NCBI GenBank assembly: GCA_937983055.1
Contig: CALJLA010000068.1
Coordinates: forward strand, 784 to 64,783
DNA length: 64,000 nt
Direction: 5' to 3'
Origin: an uncultured Pseudomonadota bacterium
GTDB taxonomy: Bacteria > Pseudomonadota > Gammaproteobacteria > Burkholderiales > Eutrophovitaceae
Shown here in pieces: positions 56,447 through 64,000 of the stretch; the stretch's first letter is position 1; each line of letters begins with the position of its first letter. A program made the translations under genes and the position numbers. The notes beneath the pieces were generated by a model, which saw only the letters and a list, made by a program, of their open reading frames with translations, did not search any database and was not told where the DNA came from.

Positions 56447-58274
56447 GTGGATCGGACTTGCGATCGGAATCCAGGTGGGCATCTGGATGTTGAGTGGTCT
56501 TATGATGGGCCTGCTCGACCACGAACACGTTCAGGGACATCACTACCAGGCGGTCGCCGACGTCATGCCGGTTTCGGCATCTTCGCGCAATGTGCTGAGC
56601 GTCGGCGATATTCTCGAGCGAGCCGCTTCGGCTGCGCCGATCTTCGATATTTCACTGAGATCGCATCTTGGTCGTGCTGCATACCAGGTAAAAAATGCCG
56701 GCGGATCGCAGCTGTTCGATGCAACGTCCGGCAGCCGAATCGTCGTTACAGCCGAGGATGCCGCGGCACTGGCGGGGCAGGACTACTCGGGGCCCGGACA
56801 GATCGTGTCGATCGAACCGGTTCAGGCACCGAGCATGGAGATCCGCCGGCATTCGGGCGACGCATGGCGCGTTGCGTTCGACGACGATGACGCGACGACG
56901 TTATACATCGCGGCCGATGACGGGAGAATTCTCGAGCGTCGCAATGATACGTGGCGACTTTTTGATGTGTTCTGGATGCTGCACATCATGGACTACAAGG
57001 AGCGGGAAGATTTCAATAATGCCCTCGTCATTCTGGTTTCACTGATTGCTGCCTGGTTCTCGATCACGGGCGTGGTCCTGTTCTTCGATAGCTTTCGACG
57101 CGAGGATTTTCTTGCATTGGTGCCGGGCGGTTGGTGGCGATCTCCGGCGCAAATCGCGGTGTGCGCGCCGCACGGCGAGGTTGTCGCACGCGTGAGTTCG
57201 CACGTCGGTGGCCGTCTCTACGACGAATTGGCCAGGGACGACATTGTATTGCCGTCAAACTGCGGAGGTGGCGGAACGTGCGGGCTCTGCGTCGTAAACC
57301 TCGGACCGGACTGGCCTGAGTCGGCGGCCGATCGTCGCTTGTTGTCAGAGTCGCAACGAAAAAAGGGAATCCGGTTGTCCTGTCAAGCCGAAGTTGCGAG
57401 CGATATGGTTGTTGGAATATCCGACGACGTGCTGTCGGCACAGGAACTCACAGCCGAGGTAGCCGAATGTCGTTTCCTGACGCCGTTTATCCGCGAAATT
57501 CGTCTGCGGCTACCTGAGAACGACTTTGACTATGCGGCCGGTTCCTATGTCCACGTAATAATTCCACGGTACAAGCTTGAGTACGCGAAGCTAGGGTTGA
57601 CGTCCGAAGCTAGCAGATCGTGCGAGGCGGTCGGTGCCCAGGTCACCAACGTCAACAAGTCCGAAACTCGGCGGGCATACTCTTTGGCGACACCGTGCGA
57701 GCAGGAGCGCGGAACGATCGTGCTCAATGTACGACTGATGGTGCCGCCGGAGGGTAGCCAGGCGCTGCCGGTGGGCGTCGGATCCACATATATGTGGTCA
57801 CTCCAGCCCGGGGACAAATTGGACATCGTCGGCCCACTGGGCGATTTCAGGGCTCGAGAGTCCAATGCGGATATGATCTTTGTTGGTGGCGGCGCCGGCA
57901 TGGCACCGCTTCGTGCCATTATACGAAGCGAGCTCCTGTACAAGCAGAGCGGCAGAAAAATTGACTTCTGGTACGGTGCCCGCACCCGGGCAGATCTATT
58001 CTACGCAAGAGAATTCGATGAGCTACAAGGTCAACACCCGAATTTCCGATGGCAACCCGTGCTGTCGGAGCCACTGTCGGTGGACGGCTGGCAGGGCCCC
58101 ACAGGATTCGTCCATGCCGTTGCCCTGCAGGATCTGATCGGCCAGGACCGGGACTTCGGAGCCTGTGAATTCTATGTTTGCGGCCCGCCGCCGATGCTCG
58201 CGGCAACCCGTAGAATGCTGGCTGAAAAAGGGGTTCCAGAGAACAGCGTCTTTTTCGACGATTTCGGGATCTAG
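56397..58274 (+). CDS. fusion protein: PepSY_TM-like module + plant-type 2Fe-2S ferredoxin + FAD/NAD(P)H reductase (NqrF-like)
   Basis: The N-terminal half is paralogous to 55682-56446 (LHKWIGLAIGIQVGIWMLSG; VFWMLHIMDY). It is followed by CGGGGTCGLC...LSCQ, RAYSLAT and FVGGGAGMAPL. The true start may be a GTG around 56412-56421. Confidence 0.75.
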   Translation: MTRTLVIEVIWFRRLHKWIGLAIGIQVGIWMLSGLMMGLLDHEHVQGHHYQAVADVMPVSASSRNVLSVGDILERAASAAPIFDISLRSHLGRAAYQVKNAGGSQLFDATSGSRIVVTAEDAAALAGQDYSGPGQIVSIEPVQAPSMEIRRHSGDAWRVAFDDDDATTLYIAADDGRILERRNDTWRLFDVFWMLHIMDYKEREDFNNALVILVSLIAAWFSITGVVLFFDSFRREDFLALVPGGWWRSPAQIAVCAPHGEVVARVSSHVGGRLYDELARDDIVLPSNCGGGGTCGLCVVNLGPDWPESAADRRLLSESQRKKGIRLSCQAEVASDMVVGISDDVLSAQELTAEVAECRFLTPFIREIRLRLPENDFDYAAGSYVHVIIPRYKLEYAKLGLTSEASRSCEAVGAQVTNVNKSETRRAYSLATPCEQERGTIVLNVRLMVPPEGSQALPVGVGSTYMWSLQPGDKLDIVGPLGDFRARESNADMIFVGGGAGMAPLRAIIRSELLYKQSGRKIDFWYGARTRADLFYAREFDELQGQHPNFRWQPVLSEPLSVDGWQGPTGFVHAVALQDLIGQDRDFGACEFYVCGPPPMLAATRRMLAEKGVPENSVFFDDFGI

Positions 58275-58764
58275 CGGGGTTCGAAATTTGGCCGGCGCTG
58301 GAAGATGCGTCCCTCAAATTTCGCGGAATGTCCGAAGCCCAAAAGCTGCAGAGTAGGGCAGTCGTATCGTGAATCAGCCCGCAACAAGCGGAACCCCGTT
58401 TGCTCGTGGGCGAACCGGTGCGTGAGATTTGCTTGGTTTGGTCATGCAGTTATGTGCACAATGCCGCGATTGCAACGGGCGTCCTGCCACATAATGGTAA
58501 ACAAAACATTTACTTACTGTTGATCTGGCGAACTCCGAAGGCAGGGGTCATAGGTTCGATCGGAGCGCGACGCAGTCGCGCGACAGACGCACGAACGCAG
58601 TGAGTGCGCCCGAAGGGCGAGGGCCGCAGATCCGAGTCAATCCTGTCGAGCGCGCCATTCTCTTCATGTAGGGCCTTAAGACCACGGTGACACGTCAGCT
58701 CGAGATTCCTCCGCCTCACTGCGAATGCCCTATGCGTAGATCGGAGAACTGCAAAGGAGCCTCC

Positions 58765-58795
58765 TTGACATGGAGTGAACTCCAGGTTGTAGGCT
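58765..58795 (+). promoter_or_regulatory. MerR-type promoter (TTGACA-N19-TAGGCT) with TGGAGT-GA-ACTCCA dyad
   Basis: TTGACATGGAGTGAACTCCAGGTTGTAGGCT. The -10 element ends 7 nt before the ATG at 58803. Confidence 0.5.
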
Positions 58796-58802
58796 GTTTC
58801 CA

Positions 58803-59192
58803 ATGAATATGGAGACACGAGAAACTCGCGTGACTTGGTTGGCGTTATTTGCGTCAACCGGCACCCTGATCTGTTGTGCGCTGCCAATCGCATTCGTTGC
58901 ACTCGGTCTCGGGGCGACAGTCGCGGCAATTTCATCCAGCTTTCCGATATTGGTTTCGATAGCCCAACACAAGGCCTGGGTCTTTACCGGCGCCGCCGTG
59001 CTTCTTGTATTGACGGGCTGGCTCCTGTTCCGCTCGGGTCGCGAGTGCCCCGCAGATCCAGAACTTCAGGCTGCGTGCGATCGAGTCCTGATGTGGAATC
59101 GTCGAATTTTCTGGATAGCCGTTGCCATCTGGGCGATCGGGTTTTTCGCGGCCTATGCAGCACTACCGCTGCGGATCTGGTTGGAAGGCTGA
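58803..59192 (+). CDS. MerT-like three-TM metal transporter
   Basis: TM1 carries a vicinal pair in LICCALP, as in the MerT CC motif. The loop between TM2 and TM3 has a second Cys pair (RECPADPELQAAC). Confidence 0.55.
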   Translation: MNMETRETRVTWLALFASTGTLICCALPIAFVALGLGATVAAISSSFPILVSIAQHKAWVFTGAAVLLVLTGWLLFRSGRECPADPELQAACDRVLMWNRRIFWIAVAIWAIGFFAAYAALPLRIWLEG

Positions 59193-59230
59193 TGACTCGA
59201 ATGAAAATCGAAATCGTATTGGAGAGTGAG

Positions 59231-59533
59231 ATGCGGAAGATAGTGCCGTTGGTGTTGAGTCTTGTCTTCATGTCGACGGTTGCCTTTGCCACAGAGCATC
59301 AGGTCGTGGAGATCGAGGTGACTGGGCTTGCGTGCCCGTTTTGTGCCTACAGCGTGGAGAAAAGCATCAAGAAGTTGCCGGGAGTTAATTGCGTCCAGGT
59401 TGATCTGGCAAACGGTGAGGTTCGAATTGAAATGCGGGCCGACCATACAGTCGATCTCGAGCAGGTCAAGCACGCGATCCTCAACGCCGGGTTCACTCCC
59501 GGTGAGGCGACAATGTCTACGGTCGACGAGTAG
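59231..59533 (+). CDS. periplasmic HMA-domain protein (MerP-like)
   Basis: Signal peptide followed by VTGLACPFCAYSVEKSI (CxxC HMA motif). A GGAGAG RBS lies upstream. Confidence 0.75.
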   Translation: MRKIVPLVLSLVFMSTVAFATEHQVVEIEVTGLACPFCAYSVEKSIKKLPGVNCVQVDLANGEVRIEMRADHTVDLEQVKHAILNAGFTPGEATMSTVDE

Positions 59534-60429
59534 TGCGCTACCGGAACACGTTGCTCGGAATTGCGCTTGGCCTGATTATCTTCGGCCCGGCTGTCGGCGC
59601 ACCGGTGACCTTTAATACGGCGTTGCCGGTCGGCGGCGACGAATTCGTTGCCCGAGGTCTGGTGGTGGTGAGTCAGTCGGGGGACGGTCCTGGTGCGGAC
59701 GACAGGGATCTGGCGAGCACGTCAGTCATCGCCGTATTGGGATATGGTCTGAATCACAGGCTCGCATTGTTTGGGGTTCTGCCCTATGTCGACAAGGAGC
59801 TCGATATCACGATGAACGGCAGTCGCGTCAACCGTTCGTCCAGTGGCCTCGGTGATGCAAGTGCTTTTCTTCGATACACGCTAGTGCAACGGGACCAGCC
59901 GGGGCACACGTTTCGTGTCGCGCCTTTCGCCGGACTCAAGGCGCCGACAGCCGACGATAACAGGAGCGACTCAATCGGTCGGTTGCCGCCTGGCCTGCAA
60001 TCCGGTTCCGGCGCGTGGGACGTGTTCGGCGGTGTTACCGCGACTTACCAAACACTGGACTTTCAGGCTGATGCACAGGCGAGTTATCGCGTAAGAAATG
60101 AAGCGAACGGCTTCGACCCGGGCGACGAATTCCGCCTGGATGGTTCCCTCCAATACCGATTGTGGCCCCAGTCGTTAGGCGACGGGGTTCCGGATTTCTT
60201 GTATGCGGTACTCGAAGCTAATCTCGTCCGTCGTGACAACAACCGTGTTAACGGCGCCGATGACCCGAACTCTGGCGGTACAACAATCTACCTGTCGCCC
60301 GGCGTACAATACGTGACAAGACGCTGGATTGTGGAGGGTGTCGTGCAATTACCTGTAGTACAGAATCTTCACGGCACGGCACTTGAAAACGACTATGTTG
60401 TTCGTGCCGGATTTCGATTCAATTTTTGA
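59533..60429 (+). CDS. outer-membrane beta-barrel, MetA-pathway/'transporter' family-like
   Basis: Signal peptide, alternating beta-strand pattern, GLGD and GSGAWD motifs, and a C-terminal RAGFRFNF. Confidence 0.6.
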   Translation: MRYRNTLLGIALGLIIFGPAVGAPVTFNTALPVGGDEFVARGLVVVSQSGDGPGADDRDLASTSVIAVLGYGLNHRLALFGVLPYVDKELDITMNGSRVNRSSSGLGDASAFLRYTLVQRDQPGHTFRVAPFAGLKAPTADDNRSDSIGRLPPGLQSGSGAWDVFGGVTATYQTLDFQADAQASYRVRNEANGFDPGDEFRLDGSLQYRLWPQSLGDGVPDFLYAVLEANLVRRDNNRVNGADDPNSGGTTIYLSPGVQYVTRRWIVEGVVQLPVVQNLHGTALENDYVVRAGFRFNF

Positions 60430-60431
60430 AT

Positions 60432-60695
60432 ATGACCGTTACGGTAGAATTGTTTACCTCGGGCGGCTGCCCTCACTGCGCCAGGGCAATGAAGCTATTG
60501 GCGCGAGTCGGTGAGTCTTTTGGTGCCGACCGGGTTGTGCTGCGACAGGTCGACGTCGTGACTGAAATCGACTATGCAGTGGCGCTCGGAGTGCTGTCCA
60601 CACCGGCGGTCGCGGTGGACGGAGAACTACTATTTACATCGCTGCCGCCTGAGAAAAAGCTACATGCGGAACTACTGAAACGAGTATCAACTTAA
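60432..60695 (+). CDS. small thioredoxin/glutaredoxin-like protein (CPHC)
   Basis: VELFTSGGCPHCARA...LSTPAVAVDGELLF matches the pattern of small thioredoxin-fold proteins. No signal peptide is present. Confidence 0.7.
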   Translation: MTVTVELFTSGGCPHCARAMKLLARVGESFGADRVVLRQVDVVTEIDYAVALGVLSTPAVAVDGELLFTSLPPEKKLHAELLKRVST

Positions 60696-60739
60696 CCTCG
60701 TAGTTCCGAGCAGCGATTTACTTGAACGAGCGTAATCAG

Positions 60740-61132
60740 ATGAACGAATACCTGATCGGTCAAGCAGCAAGTCGTGTTGGCCTGAGTGCCGACACGTTGC
60801 GTTACTACGAGAAGATTGGATTGTTGCCCACGGTGTCGCGCAACAGTGCCGGGCGACGAATGTACATAGATAGAGATATTTCGCGACTGAATTTCGTAAA
60901 GCGCGCCCAGCGAATGAACTTCACTTTAGCGGAGATCGCCCAGTTGCTGGAAATGCGAGAGAATCCACAGGGGGCACGAGAAGCAGTGCGGGCTGTAAGT
61001 CAACAAAAGTTGGTTCAGATTGAGGAGCAGCTCGAAGAATTGATGGTTTTAAAGAATGAGATGCAATTACTCATTAATCTTTGCCACGGAGCGGAAGACG
61101 GCTGTCCGATTATCGAGAGACTGGAAGGTTGA
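60740..61132 (+). CDS. MerR-family metal-responsive regulator (C-x6-C loop, CueR/CadR-like)
   Basis: IGQAASRVGLSADTLRYYEKIGLL HTH and the loop LCHGAEDGCPIIERL. There is no Cys at the helix-5 (position-79-like) site. Confidence 0.8.
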   Translation: MNEYLIGQAASRVGLSADTLRYYEKIGLLPTVSRNSAGRRMYIDRDISRLNFVKRAQRMNFTLAEIAQLLEMRENPQGAREAVRAVSQQKLVQIEEQLEELMVLKNEMQLLINLCHGAEDGCPIIERLEG

Positions 61133-61196
61133 ATCGATACTGGTCTTGCGCAGTCGCAGGGAGTTGTAATTGCACCTGCGTGACGGATCGTGGTGC

Positions 61197-61622
61197 TTAC
61201 ACTCGCGCTTCGGTATCCGGATCGAGTAGCGCATCGATAATTGGGCATTCGGGCACTTTGCTCCCCGTGCACTTCGCAGCTATCGAACGCAATGTAGCCC
61301 CAAGGCGTTGAAGGTCAGCTATCTTCGATTCCACGATGGCGGCGTGACCGAGCGTCAAATCGCGCACATCCGCACACGTGTAATCGTGTTCATCGACGAG
61401 CTCGAGCAGATTACCGATATCCCGCATCGAGAAGCCCAGTTGCCGGCACCGGACAATGAAGTTCAGTCGATTAAGGTCATCCTCTCTATAGACACGGTAG
61501 CCACCGGCCGTGCGCGGCGGCTTTGGCAGGATGCCGCTCTTCTCGTAGTAGCGGATCGTATCGACCTTGACGCCGGTTCGCTTCGATAGCTCACCGATCT
61601 GCATTTCGCCGGAATTCTTCAT
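61197..61622 (-). CDS. merR: Hg(II)-responsive MerR
   Basis: IGELSKRTGVKVDTIRYYEKSGIL HTH. Three Cys at positions 83, 118 and 126 (TCADV, KCTGS, ECPII) match the C82/C117/C126 spacing of MerR. The gene is divergent from a mer operon. Confidence 0.8.
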   Translation of the reverse strand: MKNSGEMQIGELSKRTGVKVDTIRYYEKSGILPKPPRTAGGYRVYREDDLNRLNFIVRCRQLGFSMRDIGNLLELVDEHDYTCADVRDLTLGHAAIVESKIADLQRLGATLRSIAAKCTGSKVPECPIIDALLDPDTEARV

Positions 61623-61631
61623 CGCTGACCC

Positions 61632-61662
61632 TTGACTCTGGAGTCACTCCAGGGTTGATACT
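61632..61662 (+). promoter_or_regulatory. mer operator/promoter (TTGACT-N19-GATACT) with CTGGAGT-C-ACTCCAG dyad
   Basis: TTGACTCTGGAGTCACTCCAGGGTTGATACT lies between divergent merR and orfX-merB. Confidence 0.6.
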
Positions 61663-61698
61663 CGGTCCATGCAACAACAATTGCAAGGAGGGATCGGC

Positions 61699-62211
61699 AT
61701 GGTTCGGATGATTTTCCTGAGTTGGATTATTGCGGCTGGCGCGCTGCTCGCGGGCCTTCCAGGCACGTCACATTCGGCTACTGCCGTTCCTGTGTTGGCG
61801 CTGGAGTTCGTGTACCAGCAATCCGAGCGTCGCTGGTTCCGGGACCGACCGGCGTTTTTCGAGACTTACCTGGGAACGGGCAACGGCCAGGCGACAGGCA
61901 GGCTCGAGGGCTGGGTCGGATGGGATTTGTACGAAGACCAAAAGCGCGACGACTTTCATCCGGCCCATTTCCACGGCTTCATCGAGCAGGACGGCCAACG
62001 ACACGAGTTTCAGATCATCGGCATCTATACGCCGATCAGCGACGACTCCGCCGTCACGCCAGACGGCAAGACACATCCAAAGCTCTGGGCACTGTCCGGC
62101 GCAATCGTGTTCGAGGATACGACAGTGCTGGGCGCACGGCATCTGCCCGTCACCGGCGTCGCCAACCTGGAAACCTGGACCGCATCCTACGAAGTGTGGG
62201 AAACGTCATGA
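61699..62211 (+). CDS. exported Cys-free hypothetical protein (first gene of the mer operon)
   Basis: An AAGGAGGG RBS precedes the ATG at 61699. It has a signal peptide (LLAGLPGTSHSA) and an ATGA overlap with merB. I did not recognise a family. Confidence 0.55.
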   Translation: MVRMIFLSWIIAAGALLAGLPGTSHSATAVPVLALEFVYQQSERRWFRDRPAFFETYLGTGNGQATGRLEGWVGWDLYEDQKRDDFHPAHFHGFIEQDGQRHEFQIIGIYTPISDDSAVTPDGKTHPKLWALSGAIVFEDTTVLGARHLPVTGVANLETWTASYEVWETS

Positions 62212-62894
62212 GTGCCAAATCAATCAGTCACCGGCTGACAACACTGTTTCCGCCACTTGATGCGACCGACGCGCGCATCGCTCTGAGCATTTATCGCTTG
62301 CTTGTAGGCAATGCGCCTGTCAATCCAGGCAATATCGCGAACGAGTCTGGTGAAGCGGAGGCGCATGTGCGTTATCTGCTCAATCACTGGCCTGGGGTAT
62401 ATCGCGATGACGATTCCAACATCATCGGCTTCTGGGGACTGGCTCGACCGGAAATGGGTTACGAACTATCGATCGCCGGTCAGGCGCGATTCGCCTGGTG
62501 CGCGTGGGATACGTTATTTCTTCCAGAGCTCCTGAACGCCGAAGTGCGAGTCGACGCGGCGACCGGCCTCGCACAAAAACCCGTTCATTTGACGGTCACG
62601 CCTGACGCCGTCATGCGCGAAATGCCAATCGATGACGAACTTTACGTCTCGTTCAACTTGCCGACCGACGAAAACTGGGAGGACAACGTCGTCGCGTCAT
62701 TTTGTCACCATGTCCATTTCCTTTATGCCGACGAAGTAACTGCCTGGCGTGAGCGAAACACCGGGGGAGTGGTCTTGACACTTCGGGAGGCATTCAGTGC
62801 GGGGAAATCCAAGAACCGGCATCAGTTCGGCTCGGTCATGCTCGATGCGGAATCCGATGCCGCATCGCCGGCTTCGCAATTACATCAGGCCTGA
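62208..62894 (+). CDS. merB: organomercurial lyase MerB
   Basis: AWCAWDTLFLPELL and SFCHHVHFL correspond to the catalytic Cys96/Asp99 and Cys159 regions of MerB (AWCALDTLIFP, SFCCHVHFF). Confidence 0.85.
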   Translation: MSAKSISHRLTTLFPPLDATDARIALSIYRLLVGNAPVNPGNIANESGEAEAHVRYLLNHWPGVYRDDDSNIIGFWGLARPEMGYELSIAGQARFAWCAWDTLFLPELLNAEVRVDAATGLAQKPVHLTVTPDAVMREMPIDDELYVSFNLPTDENWEDNVVASFCHHVHFLYADEVTAWRERNTGGVVLTLREAFSAGKSKNRHQFGSVMLDAESDAASPASQLHQA

Positions 62895-62897
62895 ATC

Positions 62898-63302
62898 ATG
62901 AATGAAACGAATCGAAACGCAGCAATGACGAACGGAAGCGCTACTCCGGAAACTGGCAACGGTCGGCAGAAGTTTCTCGCTGCCGGTAGCGTTCTCGGCG
63001 GTGTCCTCGCGTCAACGTGCTGCATCGCGCCACTGCTGCTCGTCACACTCGGCGTCGGCGGCGCGTGGATGGGCAGACTGACTGCGCTGGCGCCGTATCA
63101 ACCCTATTTCGTCGCTGCCACGCTGGCGTTCCTTGCCGGCGGTTTCTGGTATGTCTACTGGAAACCGCGGCGAGCCTGTGACGCAGATGGATACTGTGCG
63201 ACCGACACGGCCGACAGGGTCGTGAAAGTCGCACTCTGGGTCGCCACCGGCCTCGTCGCTCTGGCGCTCGGAGTGACCTACCTATTGCCTTACTTTTTGT
63301 AG
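62898..63302 (+). CDS. merT: mercuric ion transporter MerT
   Basis: LASTCCIAPLLLVTLG (CC in TM1), LAPYQPYF, and the cytoplasmic pair RACDADGYC. Confidence 0.85.
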   Translation: MNETNRNAAMTNGSATPETGNGRQKFLAAGSVLGGVLASTCCIAPLLLVTLGVGGAWMGRLTALAPYQPYFVAATLAFLAGGFWYVYWKPRRACDADGYCATDTADRVVKVALWVATGLVALALGVTYLLPYFL

Positions 63303-63312
63303 GAGAACTGCA

Positions 63313-63600
63313 ATGAATAGAATACTTCTGACGACGTCCGTTGTGCTGCTCATACTGGTGTCGGCTTTTGCCGTCGCCGAAGAGCGCACCGTCGTACTGA
63401 ACGTCGAGAAGATGCACTGCGCGCTGTGTCCTGTGACTGTGCGCAAAGCGATCGAGAAAGTCGATGGCGTCAAAAACGTTGTCGTGGACTTCGATCGCAA
63501 GACAGCAACTGTAATCTACGATGATGATGCGACGACGATCGAGAGGATCGCCGATGCATCAACAAACGTAGGCTATCCGGCTGCGCCGTCCCGGGAGTAA
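63313..63600 (+). CDS. merP: periplasmic mercury-binding protein MerP
   Basis: Signal peptide followed by VEKMHCALCPVTVRKAIE (HMA CxxC). Confidence 0.85.
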   Translation: MNRILLTTSVVLLILVSAFAVAEERTVVLNVEKMHCALCPVTVRKAIEKVDGVKNVVVDFDRKTATVIYDDDATTIERIADASTNVGYPAAPSRE

Positions 63601-63621
63601 CCTTCCGGTTGCTAACATTGA

Positions 63622-64000
<379 letters not shown>

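Noticed and set aside
58535-58600. A tRNA-like T-loop string (GGTTCGATC) that could mark a tRNA or tRNA-fragment integration site at the compositional boundary.
   Set aside because: I could not fold flanking sequence into acceptor, anticodon or T stems. There is no matching 5' half and no adjacent integrase.
61722-62894. A 390-aa ORF that extends merB far upstream.
   Set aside because: The N-terminal 160 aa or so are Arg-rich nonsense overlapping orfX in another frame. MerB homology begins at the ATG at 62208, which overlaps the orfX stop (ATGA).

Overview
This is a 64-kb, high-GC proteobacterial accessory region that reads as a composite metal-stress island. I found no rRNA, tRNA, CRISPR, transposase or integrase genes. 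The content, in order, is as follows. (1) 0-19.5 kb: two divergent operons fire from a perfect 29-bp inverted pair of MerR-type promoters. Leftward are an archaeal-type GAPDH, two membrane proteins and an esterase. Rightward are an SDR fused to heavy-metal-binding domains (HMBD), an HMBD-SPW-VKOR membrane protein, gnd, zwf, a DUF2933-like peptide and a CopB-like P-type ATPase. These are followed by pgm-glgP, an ICMT-like methyltransferase, an HMA protein, an ion channel and cfa. (2) 19.7-31.6 kb: cusRS-like two-component genes, a MerR paralog, an AidB-like dehydrogenase, hflKC, a second MerR paralog and copAB (multicopper oxidase plus outer-membrane protein). (3) 31.9-40.7 kb: an APC permease, CBS-BON, a Cys-less MerR, an AraC gene killed by one in-frame TGA, a BNR protein, cytochrome c, DUF302, a methyltransferase and a DmeF-like CDF. 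(4) 41.2-50.5 kb: a truncated MerR, cueR-copA (ATPase), a second APC permease, a Cys-rich protein, a cytochrome c-TolC-MCO operon and a SnoaL-like protein. (5) 50.6-58.3 kb: ECF sigma, anti-sigma, a TonB-dependent transducer, a PepSY protein and a PepSY::NqrF-like reductase fusion. (6) 58.8-64 kb: a visibly more AT-rich segment with a MerT/MerP-like pair, an outer-membrane barrel, a thioredoxin-like protein and a MerR, then merR / orfX-merB-merT-merP-merA. The main unexplained signals are a dispersed family of long-spacer MerR-type promoters that tie central-carbon and envelope genes to metal genes, several unusual domain fusions, and paralogous modules. All calls come from reading the sequence by eye and from motif recall. 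No searches were run.
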